DNA of 64,000 nucleotides from an uncultured Lawsonia sp. (GTDB lineage Bacteria; Desulfobacterota; Desulfovibrionia; Desulfovibrionales; Desulfovibrionaceae): NCBI GenBank assembly GCA_964538355.1, contig CAZIFC010000007.1, positions 5,924 to 69,923 of the forward strand, read 5' to 3'. Shown piece by piece: positions 40,087 to 49,743 of this stretch (position 1 is its first letter; each line of letters starts with the position of its first letter). The notes under the pieces were generated by a model. It saw only the letters and a program-made list of their open reading frames with translations, ran no database searches and was not told where the DNA came from. The position numbers and the translations under genes were made by a program.

Positions 40087-41055
40087 TCAGCCGTGCTTCC
40101 AGTGCCATACCCTCCCCGCGATCATGCTCGGCAGGGCCATGAGAGCCGGCATCAGCGAGAACAGGGAACCGGTGAGGATGAACAGGATGCCGACTACCAT
40201 ACTGAATGGAATGTTCTCGTGAAGAAAAATCAGGGCGAAGAAGGGGGCGAGGACTGGCTTGAAAAAGAAGACCAGAGAGGCCGTAAAGGGGGATGTCGCT
40301 TCCATTGCCATGAAATAAAAGGCGAATCCTGCACCTGTCACACCGATGCAGATATACAGCATCATCATGGTGCTGAAAGGCGTGTATCCGGAAAGCAGAG
40401 GGATATCGGCGAACAGCCCAAGCCCGGCTTCTGTGAGGAGTGCTCCCACAGCTTCAATCCTGCTCAAGAGGACGATGCCCGCCATTTCCGCACTGGCAAA
40501 CAGAAAGCTGCCGCAGGTGACAACGACCCCGGAATATTTCGCACAAAGCCGGGTCCCCAGTACGGCGTACAGGGCAAAGGTCATTGTGGACAGCAGGATA
40601 AAAAGAATTCCGGCTGGATTGATTGAAGTATCCAACGGGTTGACCAGAATGACGATGCCGAGGCATTCCAGCACAAGCGCGATAATGTGTTGCCGTTGGA
40701 TGTGCGCGTGGAGGATGAGTCCAGAAAAAGCCAAGACAAATACCGGATTGCAGCTGAAAAGCACCGCAACGACGGAGGCGTTGGCTTTCTCCACAGCGAG
40801 CTGATAGAACGTCATGCTGATGGCTATGCCCAACAAGCCGAGTCCCGCGAGTTTTGCGAGGCTGCGCCCGTCAAGCCGGACGTTTCGTTTTTTGAGCATG
40901 CGGGCGGCGAAGGGGACAAGCACAAGGCCGCCGATCAGAAAGCGCGTCAGGTTAAGCTGCACGGGGTTGAACAACCCGGAAACTTCCTTGAGTGCAATTT
41001 CCATTGTGCTGAAAAACAGCGTCGCCAGAGCGATAAAGATATAACCTCGTTGCAT
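40087..41055 (-). CDS. DMT/EamA family transporter
   Basis: About ten TM helices in two EamA-like halves; ATG after GAGGG. Confidence 0.85.
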   Translation of the reverse strand: MQRGYIFIALATLFFSTMEIALKEVSGLFNPVQLNLTRFLIGGLVLVPFAARMLKKRNVRLDGRSLAKLAGLGLLGIAISMTFYQLAVEKANASVVAVLFSCNPVFVLAFSGLILHAHIQRQHIIALVLECLGIVILVNPLDTSINPAGILFILLSTMTFALYAVLGTRLCAKYSGVVVTCGSFLFASAEMAGIVLLSRIEAVGALLTEAGLGLFADIPLLSGYTPFSTMMMLYICIGVTGAGFAFYFMAMEATSPFTASLVFFFKPVLAPFFALIFLHENIPFSMVVGILFILTGSLFSLMPALMALPSMIAGRVWHWKHG

Positions 41056-41209
41056 GGCTCCCTCTTCTACAGGCGGATTGCGGCGTTGGGACGCTTCGTG
41101 TTGCCGCCTTTCCTCCGGCACCGCACCGGAAATCTGCCTGTGACCGGGTGGTACGCCATGCTTTTGCATGAGTAAAGTGAAATATACTCATGAGTGATAT
41201 AATTTTATA

Positions 41210-42145
41210 TTATGTAATAAGGCTGTTGCCCCGAGAGGATGCCCTGGATTCCGCATCCTTTTCATGAAGCAGGTACTGGATAAGGGCATTTCCGGCAGGG
41301 GAGAGCTGGTGCTTTTTGCGTGTAGCCAGAACAATGGAGCGTTCTGGGATGGGGTGCTCCGGCTGAAGCTCGAAAATGCTTCCGGCCCGGAGGCTTGCCT
41401 CTGCGAAGCGGCGCACGGTAATCCCCACGCCAAGCCCACGTTCGACAAAGGGAACGATCAGTACCGTGGTGCCCAGCTCGAATTCAGGGGCCAGCACAAT
41501 TCCGTGCGCCTGAAAGAAGCTATCCAGATAGCTGCGGGTTCCGGTGCCCTTTTCAGGGCAGACAATGGGGAGTCCGGCGATTTGGGACAGCGGGAGCACC
41601 CTGTTTTTGAGATGGAGGAACGAAGGGCCTGCAATGAAGATATCCTGAACGGAGCAGACCGGGATGATATCCAGATCTTCATTTTCTTCTCTGGATGAGA
41701 AGGTCACTCCGAGATCGATTTTGCGTTCACGCAGTGCGGCGAGGGTTTCCGGGGTTGAAGCGGTAATGGTGCTGATGCGGATTTTGGGGTAGTCTCTGTG
41801 GAACCGCGCAAGGCAGGGAAGCAAAAACGCATGCATGATCATGTCGGACGAGCCGATATGGATGCTGCCCCAATCCAGATGGAGCATGTCCCGAAGCTTT
41901 TTTTCCCCGAGGGCGATCTGTTCGCAGGCCTGTGAGGCATGCTGGTAGAGCACTTCCCCCTCGGGCGTCAGCCGCATCCCCTTGCGGGTGCGGTAGAAGA
42001 GGGCGCATCCGAGCAGTTTTTCAAGATGGCTGATGGATTTGCTGACTGCCGGCTGGGAGAGGAAGAGCGTGCGGGCGGCCAGCGTGATGCTTCCAAGCCG
42101 TCCGACCTGATAAAAGACCCTGTAGTATTCAAGAGAAATAGTCAT
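41210..42145 (-). CDS. LysR family transcriptional regulator
   Basis: SITLAARTLFLSQPAVSKSISHLE HTH followed by a substrate-binding domain. Confidence 0.95.
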   Translation of the reverse strand: MTISLEYYRVFYQVGRLGSITLAARTLFLSQPAVSKSISHLEKLLGCALFYRTRKGMRLTPEGEVLYQHASQACEQIALGEKKLRDMLHLDWGSIHIGSSDMIMHAFLLPCLARFHRDYPKIRISTITASTPETLAALRERKIDLGVTFSSREENEDLDIIPVCSVQDIFIAGPSFLHLKNRVLPLSQIAGLPIVCPEKGTGTRSYLDSFFQAHGIVLAPEFELGTTVLIVPFVERGLGVGITVRRFAEASLRAGSIFELQPEHPIPERSIVLATRKKHQLSPAGNALIQYLLHEKDAESRASSRGNSLIT

Positions 42146-42349
42146 ACGCTTCCCCCGTGGCATCGTTTTCCTTGCATGGCATGGAAAGAATGTGGAGGCA
42201 ACCCTCTTCCCCAGCCTCGGCGTTGGCGGCCCTGTTGCGGCGCATTCTGGAAATGCCCTGCGGGAAGACGTGGTGAAGGTTTTATCTGTCTATAGATACA
42301 AGAAAAAAATACGGCTGAAAGTTTTTTTGAGATTTTTGATAAAAAAGAC

Positions 42350-42378
42350 TTGCAAGGGAGTCCTGTTTTGTCTATACC
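42350..42378 (+). promoter_or_regulatory. sigma70 promoter for tRNA-Leu
   Basis: TTGCAA-17 nt-TATACC ending 10 nt before the tRNA. Confidence 0.6.
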
Positions 42379-42387
42379 TCTTCCTGC

Positions 42388-42472
42388 GCCGAGGTGGTGG
42401 AATTGGTAGACACGCTATCTTGAGGTGGTAGTGGGGATTCCTGTGCGGGTTCGAGTCCCGCCCTCGGCACCA
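42388..42472 (+). tRNA. tRNA-Leu(GAG); probable integration site
   Basis: 85 nt with long variable arm, anticodon stem CTATC/GGTAG, loop TTGAGGT, encoded CCA. Confidence 0.96.
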
Positions 42473-42478
42473 TATTTT

Positions 42479-42519
42479 AAAGCCGTTGCAGTAACATACT
42501 GCGACGGCTTTTCTTTTTT
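42479..42519 (+). terminator. intrinsic terminator after tRNA-Leu
   Basis: AAAGCCGTTGCAGTA / TACTGCGACGGCTTT stem plus T run. Confidence 0.85.
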
Positions 42520-42639
42520 GTTTCGAGCCGTTGCCAAAAGGGGCGAAAAAGCCCCATTTGGGCTGAAGTGTGCCAACGTGCCGGGCCTTCACGCCGAAAA
42601 TCGGCAGCCTCGAAGCCTCACGCAAGGCTATACCGAAAG

Positions 42640-42661
42640 TCTCTCTCTCTCTCTCTCTCTC
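42640..42661. repeat. (TC)11 microsatellite
   Basis: 22 nt of perfect TC repeat between the tRNA terminator and the integrase. Confidence 0.95.
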
Positions 42662-42803
42662 GGTCACACGTCACTACTGTAGCACACAAAAAATAGAATA
42701 ATATCAAAATATTAGTTTGATAAATATTCTTTTGAAATTCTGTTTTGGATAAGTTTTGGATAAGCATATTGCTTTCCTTGCTATTGCTCGCTACAGTTCT
42801 TTT

Positions 42804-44015
42804 ATGAGTGACGTAACTAGCAGAAAATACATAAAAACAAAGTACGAAGGCGTATTCTACCGCTGTTCGACCAAGCGCAATCCCCGTACCGGTGAGCCAG
42901 ATCGCATCTACGCTTTCTGGTACGCCGACACCGAGGGCAAGGGCCATTGGAAGACCGTCGGGAGACAGAGTACGCAATGTTCCCCCAAGGTGGCAAGAGA
43001 TGAACGGGCAAAATTCCTGGCGACGTTCGGTGCGACGGGTATCAATCCCATCGAACAAGGAAAAGTGACCATCGGTCAGGCCGTAGATGGCTATGTGCAC
43101 TGGGGAAGAAGCGAGGGCAAGTACGTCGATCAGCACTACAGCCAATACCGCGCCCACCTGAAGACCCAAATCCACACCTTGCCCATTGCAGAGCTGAATC
43201 CCAATCTGCTCTCCGGCCTCAAGGCGGACTTGCTGAACACGCCCGCCGGGAACACAAAGCCCAAAAAAGCCGTGAAGGGCAACGCCAAAAAGGCCAGCAC
43301 CAAAACACGCAAGTTGCTGGCTCCCCAGACCGTCAATAACATCTTCAGCTTCATGCGTTCTGCCGTCAACCACGCCATTGCAACCAAACTCTGGATCGGC
43401 AGCAATCCGCTCTCTACGAGAGGCAGCGTCTGGAAAATGGCAAAGGTCAACAACAAGCGTTTGCGTTTCTTCACCCGTGATGAGGCAAAGGCTCTGCTGG
43501 CTGATCTGGAATTTCGGCATCATCAACTGCACGACATGGGCTTGCTCTCGCTCAAGACCGGCCTCCGCGCCACGGAGATTTTCAAGCTGCGAGGGCAGGA
43601 TGTGGACGGCAACGCCTGCGGCCTCCACATCATCCAAAAGGGAGGGACGCGCGTTTTTGTCCGTGTTTCGGCTGACATGATCGCTATGCTGAAAGCCTAT
43701 GGCCGCAAGCCGAGTGAACCCATCTTTCAGACTCCCCAAAAGAGAACTGCGTTCACCAAGACTCCTGCCTGCTTCAGGACGGCAGTGCAGAAGCTCGGCT
43801 TGGCTCCCGATGACGGGGATACCTTGTATGCGGTCACATTTCATACATTCAGACATACATTCGCCTCGTGGTTGGCGCAATCCGGCAAGGTTTCCTTAAA
43901 AGAACTCCAAGAGCTCATGCGCCACGAAGACATCGAAATGACAATGCGGTACGCACACTTATTTCCAGATCAGCCATCTGAGAAACTTTCCATTATAGAT
44001 GATCTTCTGGCTTGA
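42804..44015 (+). CDS. tyrosine recombinase/integrase
   Basis: TGLRATEI, HTFRHTFASWL and RHEDIEMTMRYAH give an intact R-H-R-H-Y set. Confidence 0.95.
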   Translation: MSDVTSRKYIKTKYEGVFYRCSTKRNPRTGEPDRIYAFWYADTEGKGHWKTVGRQSTQCSPKVARDERAKFLATFGATGINPIEQGKVTIGQAVDGYVHWGRSEGKYVDQHYSQYRAHLKTQIHTLPIAELNPNLLSGLKADLLNTPAGNTKPKKAVKGNAKKASTKTRKLLAPQTVNNIFSFMRSAVNHAIATKLWIGSNPLSTRGSVWKMAKVNNKRLRFFTRDEAKALLADLEFRHHQLHDMGLLSLKTGLRATEIFKLRGQDVDGNACGLHIIQKGGTRVFVRVSADMIAMLKAYGRKPSEPIFQTPQKRTAFTKTPACFRTAVQKLGLAPDDGDTLYAVTFHTFRHTFASWLAQSGKVSLKELQELMRHEDIEMTMRYAHLFPDQPSEKLSIIDDLLA

Positions 44016-44019
44016 CGGA

Positions 44020-44337
44020 CTATCGATCGACATAGCCAGTCGTTTTGATTTTGCCGGAGGCGACAAACTCCTCAAACTCCGTGCGATCATAAAAAATACG
44101 CCTGCCAAACGTGATATAGGTCGGCCCGATGCCTTCCATGCGCCAGTAGGCAAGCATTTTCCTGTGGATGCCAAACTCTTTTTCAATGTCCTTTGGAGTA
44201 AGGAGCTTCTTATTTGCTGCTCCAATATCATATGAAGGAGGTATTTTTTCACACTCAGCAGCGCGGATAGCTTCTACGATGAGTGGGAGTAACTCTTCAG
44301 GTGTGGAAAGTATGATGGTACGTCTTTCTGATTCCAT
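44020..44337 (-). CDS. excisionase-like MerR-type HTH protein
   Basis: LLTPKDIEKEFGIHRKMLAYWRMEGIGPTYITFGRRIFY; convergent with the integrase. Confidence 0.8.
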   Translation of the reverse strand: MESERRTIILSTPEELLPLIVEAIRAAECEKIPPSYDIGAANKKLLTPKDIEKEFGIHRKMLAYWRMEGIGPTYITFGRRIFYDRTEFEEFVASGKIKTTGYVDR

Positions 44338-44347
44338 GAGAAATCCC

Positions 44348-44569
44348 TTATGGAAGTTGTTCCGTATATGTGCCGTAATATTTTGCGATCAACTCCAACA
44401 TGGAATCGCACCCATTTGCCTGGAGCATTTTTTCCCTGTGACGTCGAACACCGCTACGAGAAATCTCAAGGCAGAGAGCAATTCGGCTGGTTCTGAATCC
44501 GGCGAGAGTGAGTTGAAAAACTTCCCTTCCTCGTCGTGTCAGTATAATGGAGTTTTTGGGAACGGCCAT
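44348..44569 (-). CDS. solo LuxR/GerE-type HTH protein
   Basis: LTRRGREVFQLTLAG...IALCLEISRSGVRRH matches the LuxR C-terminal HTH pattern. Confidence 0.65.
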   Translation of the reverse strand: MAVPKNSIILTRRGREVFQLTLAGFRTSRIALCLEISRSGVRRHREKMLQANGCDSMLELIAKYYGTYTEQLP

Positions 44570-44889
44570 TCCCGCGCCTACACAGCGCATAATCTCTATC
44601 GTGCTGTGTACGGAGAGTTTTTTTCTAATGTGTGAAAGATGTAAGTTTATAATGTTATAGGATATTTCAAGTTCACAGGCTATTTTTTTTGGGCGTTAAT
44701 CCTTGCATCAGCAGGACAACAATACTTTGTTCCTTTCTGGTCAGTTGTGCCAGCATAACTTCTCCTAATGATTGCTAAACCAACTCAAATGGGATTGAGT
44801 CTTGTGTAGCATGGAGAAATCAGGCCGGGCAGTGGCCAAATTATATACTTTTTACCTTTTTTGAATATTTTAAGCGGTTGAGATTCATG

Positions 44890-46119
44890 CTACCAACGAT
44901 GCCCGTGGAAGTCAGATATCGTCGCCAATCTTTGTAGAACACCGCTGCTCGCTGTATCAATGCCTTTCTGGGTATAGAAATTTCCATTAACTAAGGCATG
45001 GGTCTTGAGCACACATTCAAAGTCCGTCAGCGCACGCTCTTCTGGCCCGCGCGGGCTGTTCCAGAAGGCATCCAGCGGCATTTCCGTGCTGTTCACTGCC
45101 AAGCCTGGCATGGCGTAGATGGACGTGCCCACGCAATAGACCGGCTTGCCTTGTCGCAGGGCCGAAATCCCTATGGTGGAGTTCAGAACGACCACGCCTA
45201 GACTTTTATTGATCATCTGATGCGCCTTTCCGCCTTCGAGGAAGTGCACTCGGTCGCTGATGCGGCAGGCCCTGGCGAATGAGGCAATGAAGCCCGCATA
45301 GTCGATAAGACCGTTATCCAGCGGGTGATTACGAATAAGTATATGGGTCGCCGCCGGAGCGCTTTGGGCAAAAGAAGTCAGCACACAAGCGATAGCTTCT
45401 TTCATGCCGCTATACGGGGAATAGCGCCGAACCTGTGAGTCGGCGTCAAGTTGAAGGGGAAAGAGAAAATAGGGTGCACGAGAACGTGAAGCAGTCCGAA
45501 GGGCTTGGGCGGAACATTTCCGTCGGGCTGAGCGGCTCAGCACACGCAGGAACCAGCCCCAGACTTCGCGGCTGGCACTTTGCGGGCGGTGTGTCTGAAA
45601 ATGTCGGAACAGAGGCCAAAGAAAGATTGTGCCTGCATAATGGGCAATGGCTCTCCATGTTTTAGCTTTTTGCGAATTGCCGACCTTGCGGGTTTCGGGC
45701 GCTATAGGACAATACGCGGCCAACGCCGCTATGCCTTCCCTGGTATCCGGCAGAGAGGAAAGGCCGTTCACACCTCCCTGTTCCATTGTTATATAGTCTG
45801 GGCGCAGATAGCCTTCCTCATAGGCCCAAACCCGGATACCCCGGATTCTGGCCAACAGAACGGCTTCGCGGTGCAGGGGACGCCAGTCTCCGAAGACATG
45901 AATATCTGTCACCTGTTCCTTGTCCATAAGTTTGGCGATCCATGCGCCCCAGACGATGGCTTTTTTTCGGAACAGGCGGGTGTGGGGCCAGGGCCAGTCC
46001 ACCACGTCGCCGCCACAGCAATTGACGCGAATGACTGTATCTCCTTGTCGGGTCAACGCCTGTCCAAGCTGCTGAAAAAAAGGGCCGTGTGGCCCCTGAA
46101 GAAAAAGATGTGATTTCAT
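44890..46119 (-). CDS. kpsS: capsule biosynthesis protein KpsS (beta-Kdo transferase type)
   Basis: LFLQGPHGPFF, AYEEGYLRP, FPLQLDADSQ, RNHP, NSTIG motifs. Confidence 0.9.
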   Translation of the reverse strand: MKSHLFLQGPHGPFFQQLGQALTRQGDTVIRVNCCGGDVVDWPWPHTRLFRKKAIVWGAWIAKLMDKEQVTDIHVFGDWRPLHREAVLLARIRGIRVWAYEEGYLRPDYITMEQGGVNGLSSLPDTREGIAALAAYCPIAPETRKVGNSQKAKTWRAIAHYAGTIFLWPLFRHFQTHRPQSASREVWGWFLRVLSRSARRKCSAQALRTASRSRAPYFLFPLQLDADSQVRRYSPYSGMKEAIACVLTSFAQSAPAATHILIRNHPLDNGLIDYAGFIASFARACRISDRVHFLEGGKAHQMINKSLGVVVLNSTIGISALRQGKPVYCVGTSIYAMPGLAVNSTEMPLDAFWNSPRGPEERALTDFECVLKTHALVNGNFYTQKGIDTASSGVLQRLATISDFHGHRW

Positions 46120-48143
46120 CGTATGGCCTTTCTCAGGAGTCCGCGTGCGGCAGCGATAAGTCGTGCCCAGACACGTCCACGCATCTGCCCATTCGGCTGG
46201 AGCAGGCGGAAGCAGACGTCCTCCGCTCGGCAGAAGTTTTTCGTCTGCCAGTCGTAATAGGAGGGATAAAGCAGCAAGGCTCCGGCCACCAGTTCATCCA
46301 GCGTCAGGCGAGCCTTGCGGCGAGGAAAGGCTTGCCTGTCTTCCGTCAGCCCCCACCCCGCATAGAACGGCCCACCGTAGGTGAACACTTTGACGCCGCG
46401 CAGTAAGGCTTCAAAGCCCGTCTGGGAGGTCAGTGTGTGCACCTCATGAACTAAAGGCAGAAGACGGCCCATAGGAAAATCCCGTAGTATGCTGTCCGCG
46501 TAGCGTAAGGTCGTTGCGTCGGGCAATGCACCCTGCCTGTTGCCGCTCTCCACATCCGGGTGCGGTTTGTAGATGATGAAGGCGTCAGGTCTGGCTTCAC
46601 GCGCGGCACGCAGCAAATCCAGATTGGTCATGCCAAAGCCGCCACAGCGCACGGAGGCGTCGTCCTCAACCTGACCCGGCACAAGCACGATATTTTTCCC
46701 TTCTGGGAACTTTGGCGGCAGGGCTGCACCGCAGCCTGTGTTGTATTTGGTCAGCCTTTTTTCCAAAATCAGGGAGTGTATGGCGGCGGCACGTTCCAGC
46801 AGCGCGGTATGGTCGGGATGTTTCGGCATGGCGTTCAGAATATCTTCCAGCTCGCTGGGCTGAGAAGGATCGTAATAAATGCCCTTTCTATCCAGCACCA
46901 GGGAATAGGGCCAGTTGAAATCCGACCCCAGGCCGATGGAGCGGATGAAACCGTCCTCCATGCGTGTCAGTCGAACGCCCAGGTACTGACAGCAATTTTT
47001 GAGCCCTGCTGTGTATTGGGAGGCCCATACCACGACATCGCCACCATTGCCTTGTGCCCATTTGACGGCGCTCCACCAGTCCGAAAAGAACCGGATTGTC
47101 CCCGCAGTAGACTGTAAAAAAGCTCGGGCATACGGACGTTTCCACCAGGAAAAGCCGACACAGGCATGAAAGCCCTTATTCCGTTCATTCTGGAAACGCT
47201 GGACGGCCAACAGTTCGATGCTTTCATGGATGTCGCCGCGTTCGCCGCGTATGGGATTCACATAGCGGGCGTACAGGAGATATGCCGCCGCGAAAATGTC
47301 TTCCACTGTGCGCCGTTTTGTCCTTCGTGGACAGGTAAGCCGATCGTGCGTCACACCCCACCCAGCATAGAAAGGCATGCCGAAGCAATGAACTTCCTTG
47401 CCGAGCAGTAAGGCTTCAAAACCCATCTGCGAGGTGACGGTATACACAACATCAGCTTGAGCAAGAAGGGAAAGCGGCGAAACATCCTGCGCGATGATCA
47501 CAATGCCTCTTTGCTTTGCAGCTTCCGTCAAATATCCCTGTTTTTTCCCTGCAAGCACATCGGGGTGCGTCTTGACGAACAAACGGGCGTTGGGAAACCG
47601 CATCTGCGCGTCGTCCAGCATAGCTATGAAACTCTCAGCATCAGCAAGGCCAAGCGTAACACTGGTATCCCCTTGCGTCTGATCAAGAATGAGGACCCGG
47701 GGACACGAAGCATCACCGAGCAGTGTATCGGACGCCCGTGAGGCATGATTATATTTGCTCAGATCATGACGTTTGATAGTTTCAATGGCATGCCGGGCGG
47801 ATTGCAACACCGTCTCAGTTTCCCAGCCCTCACCGTTCAGCAGATTCTCCAGATCGGAAGGTTCCGTCGCGTCGTAATAGATGCCGGTATGATCCACAAC
47901 CAACGACAAAGGCTGCGCCCCCTTGCAGCCGAGATCAAGAGAGCGCAGAAAGCCGTCCTCCAGAGCGATATAGGAGAGGTTGTGTTCCGCCGCGTAACGG
48001 CGAGCCTTCTCGGCTGTGGGCTTGTGGCCCCAGCCTGTAACACACAGAGGCTCATATCTTTTATTATAGAAATATACCACATCCTCTAAAAATGACTCAA
48101 TAAACGGTATATGACTAGTTTTATTCTGGAATAATATAATCAT
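46116..48143 (-). CDS. kpsC: capsule biosynthesis protein KpsC (two-domain beta-Kdo transferase type)
   Basis: Duplicated EDGFLRS/EDGFIRS, QxxxD, KTHP/KPHP and PFYAGWG motifs; ATGA overlap with kpsS. Confidence 0.92.
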   Translation of the reverse strand: MIILFQNKTSHIPFIESFLEDVVYFYNKRYEPLCVTGWGHKPTAEKARRYAAEHNLSYIALEDGFLRSLDLGCKGAQPLSLVVDHTGIYYDATEPSDLENLLNGEGWETETVLQSARHAIETIKRHDLSKYNHASRASDTLLGDASCPRVLILDQTQGDTSVTLGLADAESFIAMLDDAQMRFPNARLFVKTHPDVLAGKKQGYLTEAAKQRGIVIIAQDVSPLSLLAQADVVYTVTSQMGFEALLLGKEVHCFGMPFYAGWGVTHDRLTCPRRTKRRTVEDIFAAAYLLYARYVNPIRGERGDIHESIELLAVQRFQNERNKGFHACVGFSWWKRPYARAFLQSTAGTIRFFSDWWSAVKWAQGNGGDVVVWASQYTAGLKNCCQYLGVRLTRMEDGFIRSIGLGSDFNWPYSLVLDRKGIYYDPSQPSELEDILNAMPKHPDHTALLERAAAIHSLILEKRLTKYNTGCGAALPPKFPEGKNIVLVPGQVEDDASVRCGGFGMTNLDLLRAAREARPDAFIIYKPHPDVESGNRQGALPDATTLRYADSILRDFPMGRLLPLVHEVHTLTSQTGFEALLRGVKVFTYGGPFYAGWGLTEDRQAFPRRKARLTLDELVAGALLLYPSYYDWQTKNFCRAEDVCFRLLQPNGQMRGRVWARLIAAARGLLRKAIR

Positions 48144-48167
48144 TTTTATTTGTTGTAGGTAATCGTA

Positions 48168-48764
48168 TCAGAGTGTTGAACTATTTTGCTTTAATTCAAG
48201 ATCTTTTACAGCTCTCCATTTTTGTTTTTCTTTTTCAAATACCTCTTGGTGTCTTTCCATATAAATTTTATTACGGTAAAAAAGAAAAATAAATGAAATA
48301 ATAGCTATAAAAATACATATAATTATATGTTTGATATTTGATTTTGAATCATTTATGCATAAAAATAGACAAATTATAATTAATATATAATATATAAACC
48401 ACGTACTCAAATATGAATTTTCTTTTTTACAATCTTCATCTTTATATTTATCTCTATATATTGACAAACGTTTTTCTCATAGAAAATTGTATTCTGAGAA
48501 ATAAATAATACAGTATGATGCGCTTCTCCATATATATAATGATATATCATAGTCTAATAAGAAAAACAAAAAAATTAATGGAATTGGAGTTAAAAAAGAA
48601 AGAGGATTGACGTGTTCGTGTGATCATAGGTATGCAAGTATGATGCTGTATATACTAAATAATGTTGTTTTTAGCTTTGATTTTGAATCAAATAAATGTT
48701 GTATTTCTTCTCTTAAAATAATATATTCTGTTTTTGCAGATTCAAAATTATATGATGTTGGCAT
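48168..48764 (-). pseudogene. AT-rich membrane-protein ORF interrupted by two in-frame TGA codons
   Basis: ATG 48764 after AAGGAAG; one 198-codon frame with no TAA/TAG; TGA at 48626-48624 and 48479-48477. Confidence 0.7.
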
Positions 48765-48904
48765 TTGTGCTTCCTTATCTTTGTTGGCGATTTGATAGTG
48801 TATATTAATAATAAAATAGAACTATATATCTATTATGACATATTTGCAATTTTAATCAGAGTCCATCGTCTATATAGATTCATGAAAATTTATATCTTTA
48901 ATTT

Positions 48905-49743
48905 TAGAGGCTATTTCAAAATATTTCTGAGCAGAATTATGATGCAAGCCAGCTGAATAAAACAAAGATGCATCATACAAAGCCGCTCAAATCGAGTTGC
49001 CAAGCGACGAAAGTTGTCCAGCCAAGCAAAGAAACGTTCCACCTTCCAACGATTTGAGGACAGGTCTCTATGAAAAACGGGAGGCCTCCTGGTCTTCTCT
49101 TTGCCTTCTTCCGTTCCAGGATACTGTGCCGTATGCCCCGCATGGAGAGATACTGATGAAATTCCCTGCTATCGTATCCCTTGTCCGCAGCAAGGCCACA
49201 CGGACGGCGGCTCAAGCAACCTATCCGGATGCTTTCCGCCGCAGCAATGGCACGGGTACTGTCGTGATATCGCCTATCAGACAGCACCACAGCAAGAGGC
49301 AATCCGTTCCCGTCTACAACGGCATGGCACTTACTGGTTGAGCCTCCACAGGTTCTGCCAACCCGTTGCCCCCCCTTTTTGCCCGCACAAACGAGCCATT
49401 CAGAGCACACTTTTCGAGATCAAGTTTTCCCTTGAATTCCAGTTCAAAAAGAAGCAATACGGGCAAAGGTTCCATCCTGTGTCCATCGCCTATGTCTTCG
49501 CCATGCCGTGGCATAACTGCCATATTCTCGCGGAAGATCGGCCCATCGACATCCCGTTGTCAAACAAAGAGAATCGCTTCGATGGTCTCTTGTCATCGGC
49601 AGGAGGGCGGCCAGTGGCGGCCCTACCCGAGAGATGCGGCTGAATTTTCGACCACTGCTTCTTGTTCAGACGAATTCGAGACATAACCATCCTCTAGAAC
49701 AGAGGATTTTTTACACAATTTACGAAGTGTTGAAATCATCTTA
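48905..49743 (-). mobile_element. degenerate IS5-family element, about 840 bp
   Basis: Imperfect terminal IRs (TAGAGGCTATTTCAAAA vs TAAGATGATTTCAACA), each with TA at the outer end, enclosing transposase fragments. Confidence 0.75.
48911..49684 (-). pseudogene. IS5-family transposase with several frameshifts
   Basis: Fragments in different frames: QWSKIQPHL..GRPP, TGCRWADLPREYG, KCHAVVDGNGLP, LAADKGYDS, FRRLATRFER. Confidence 0.85.

Noticed and set aside
48477-48626. Selenocysteine reading of the in-frame TGA codons
   Set aside because: The contexts are not Cys or redox motifs, and the AT-rich downstream sequence offers no convincing SECIS stem.
48607-48956. Short plus-strand ORFs in the AT-rich block
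   Set aside because: They are antisense to the longer minus-strand frame and the IS end, with no RBS.
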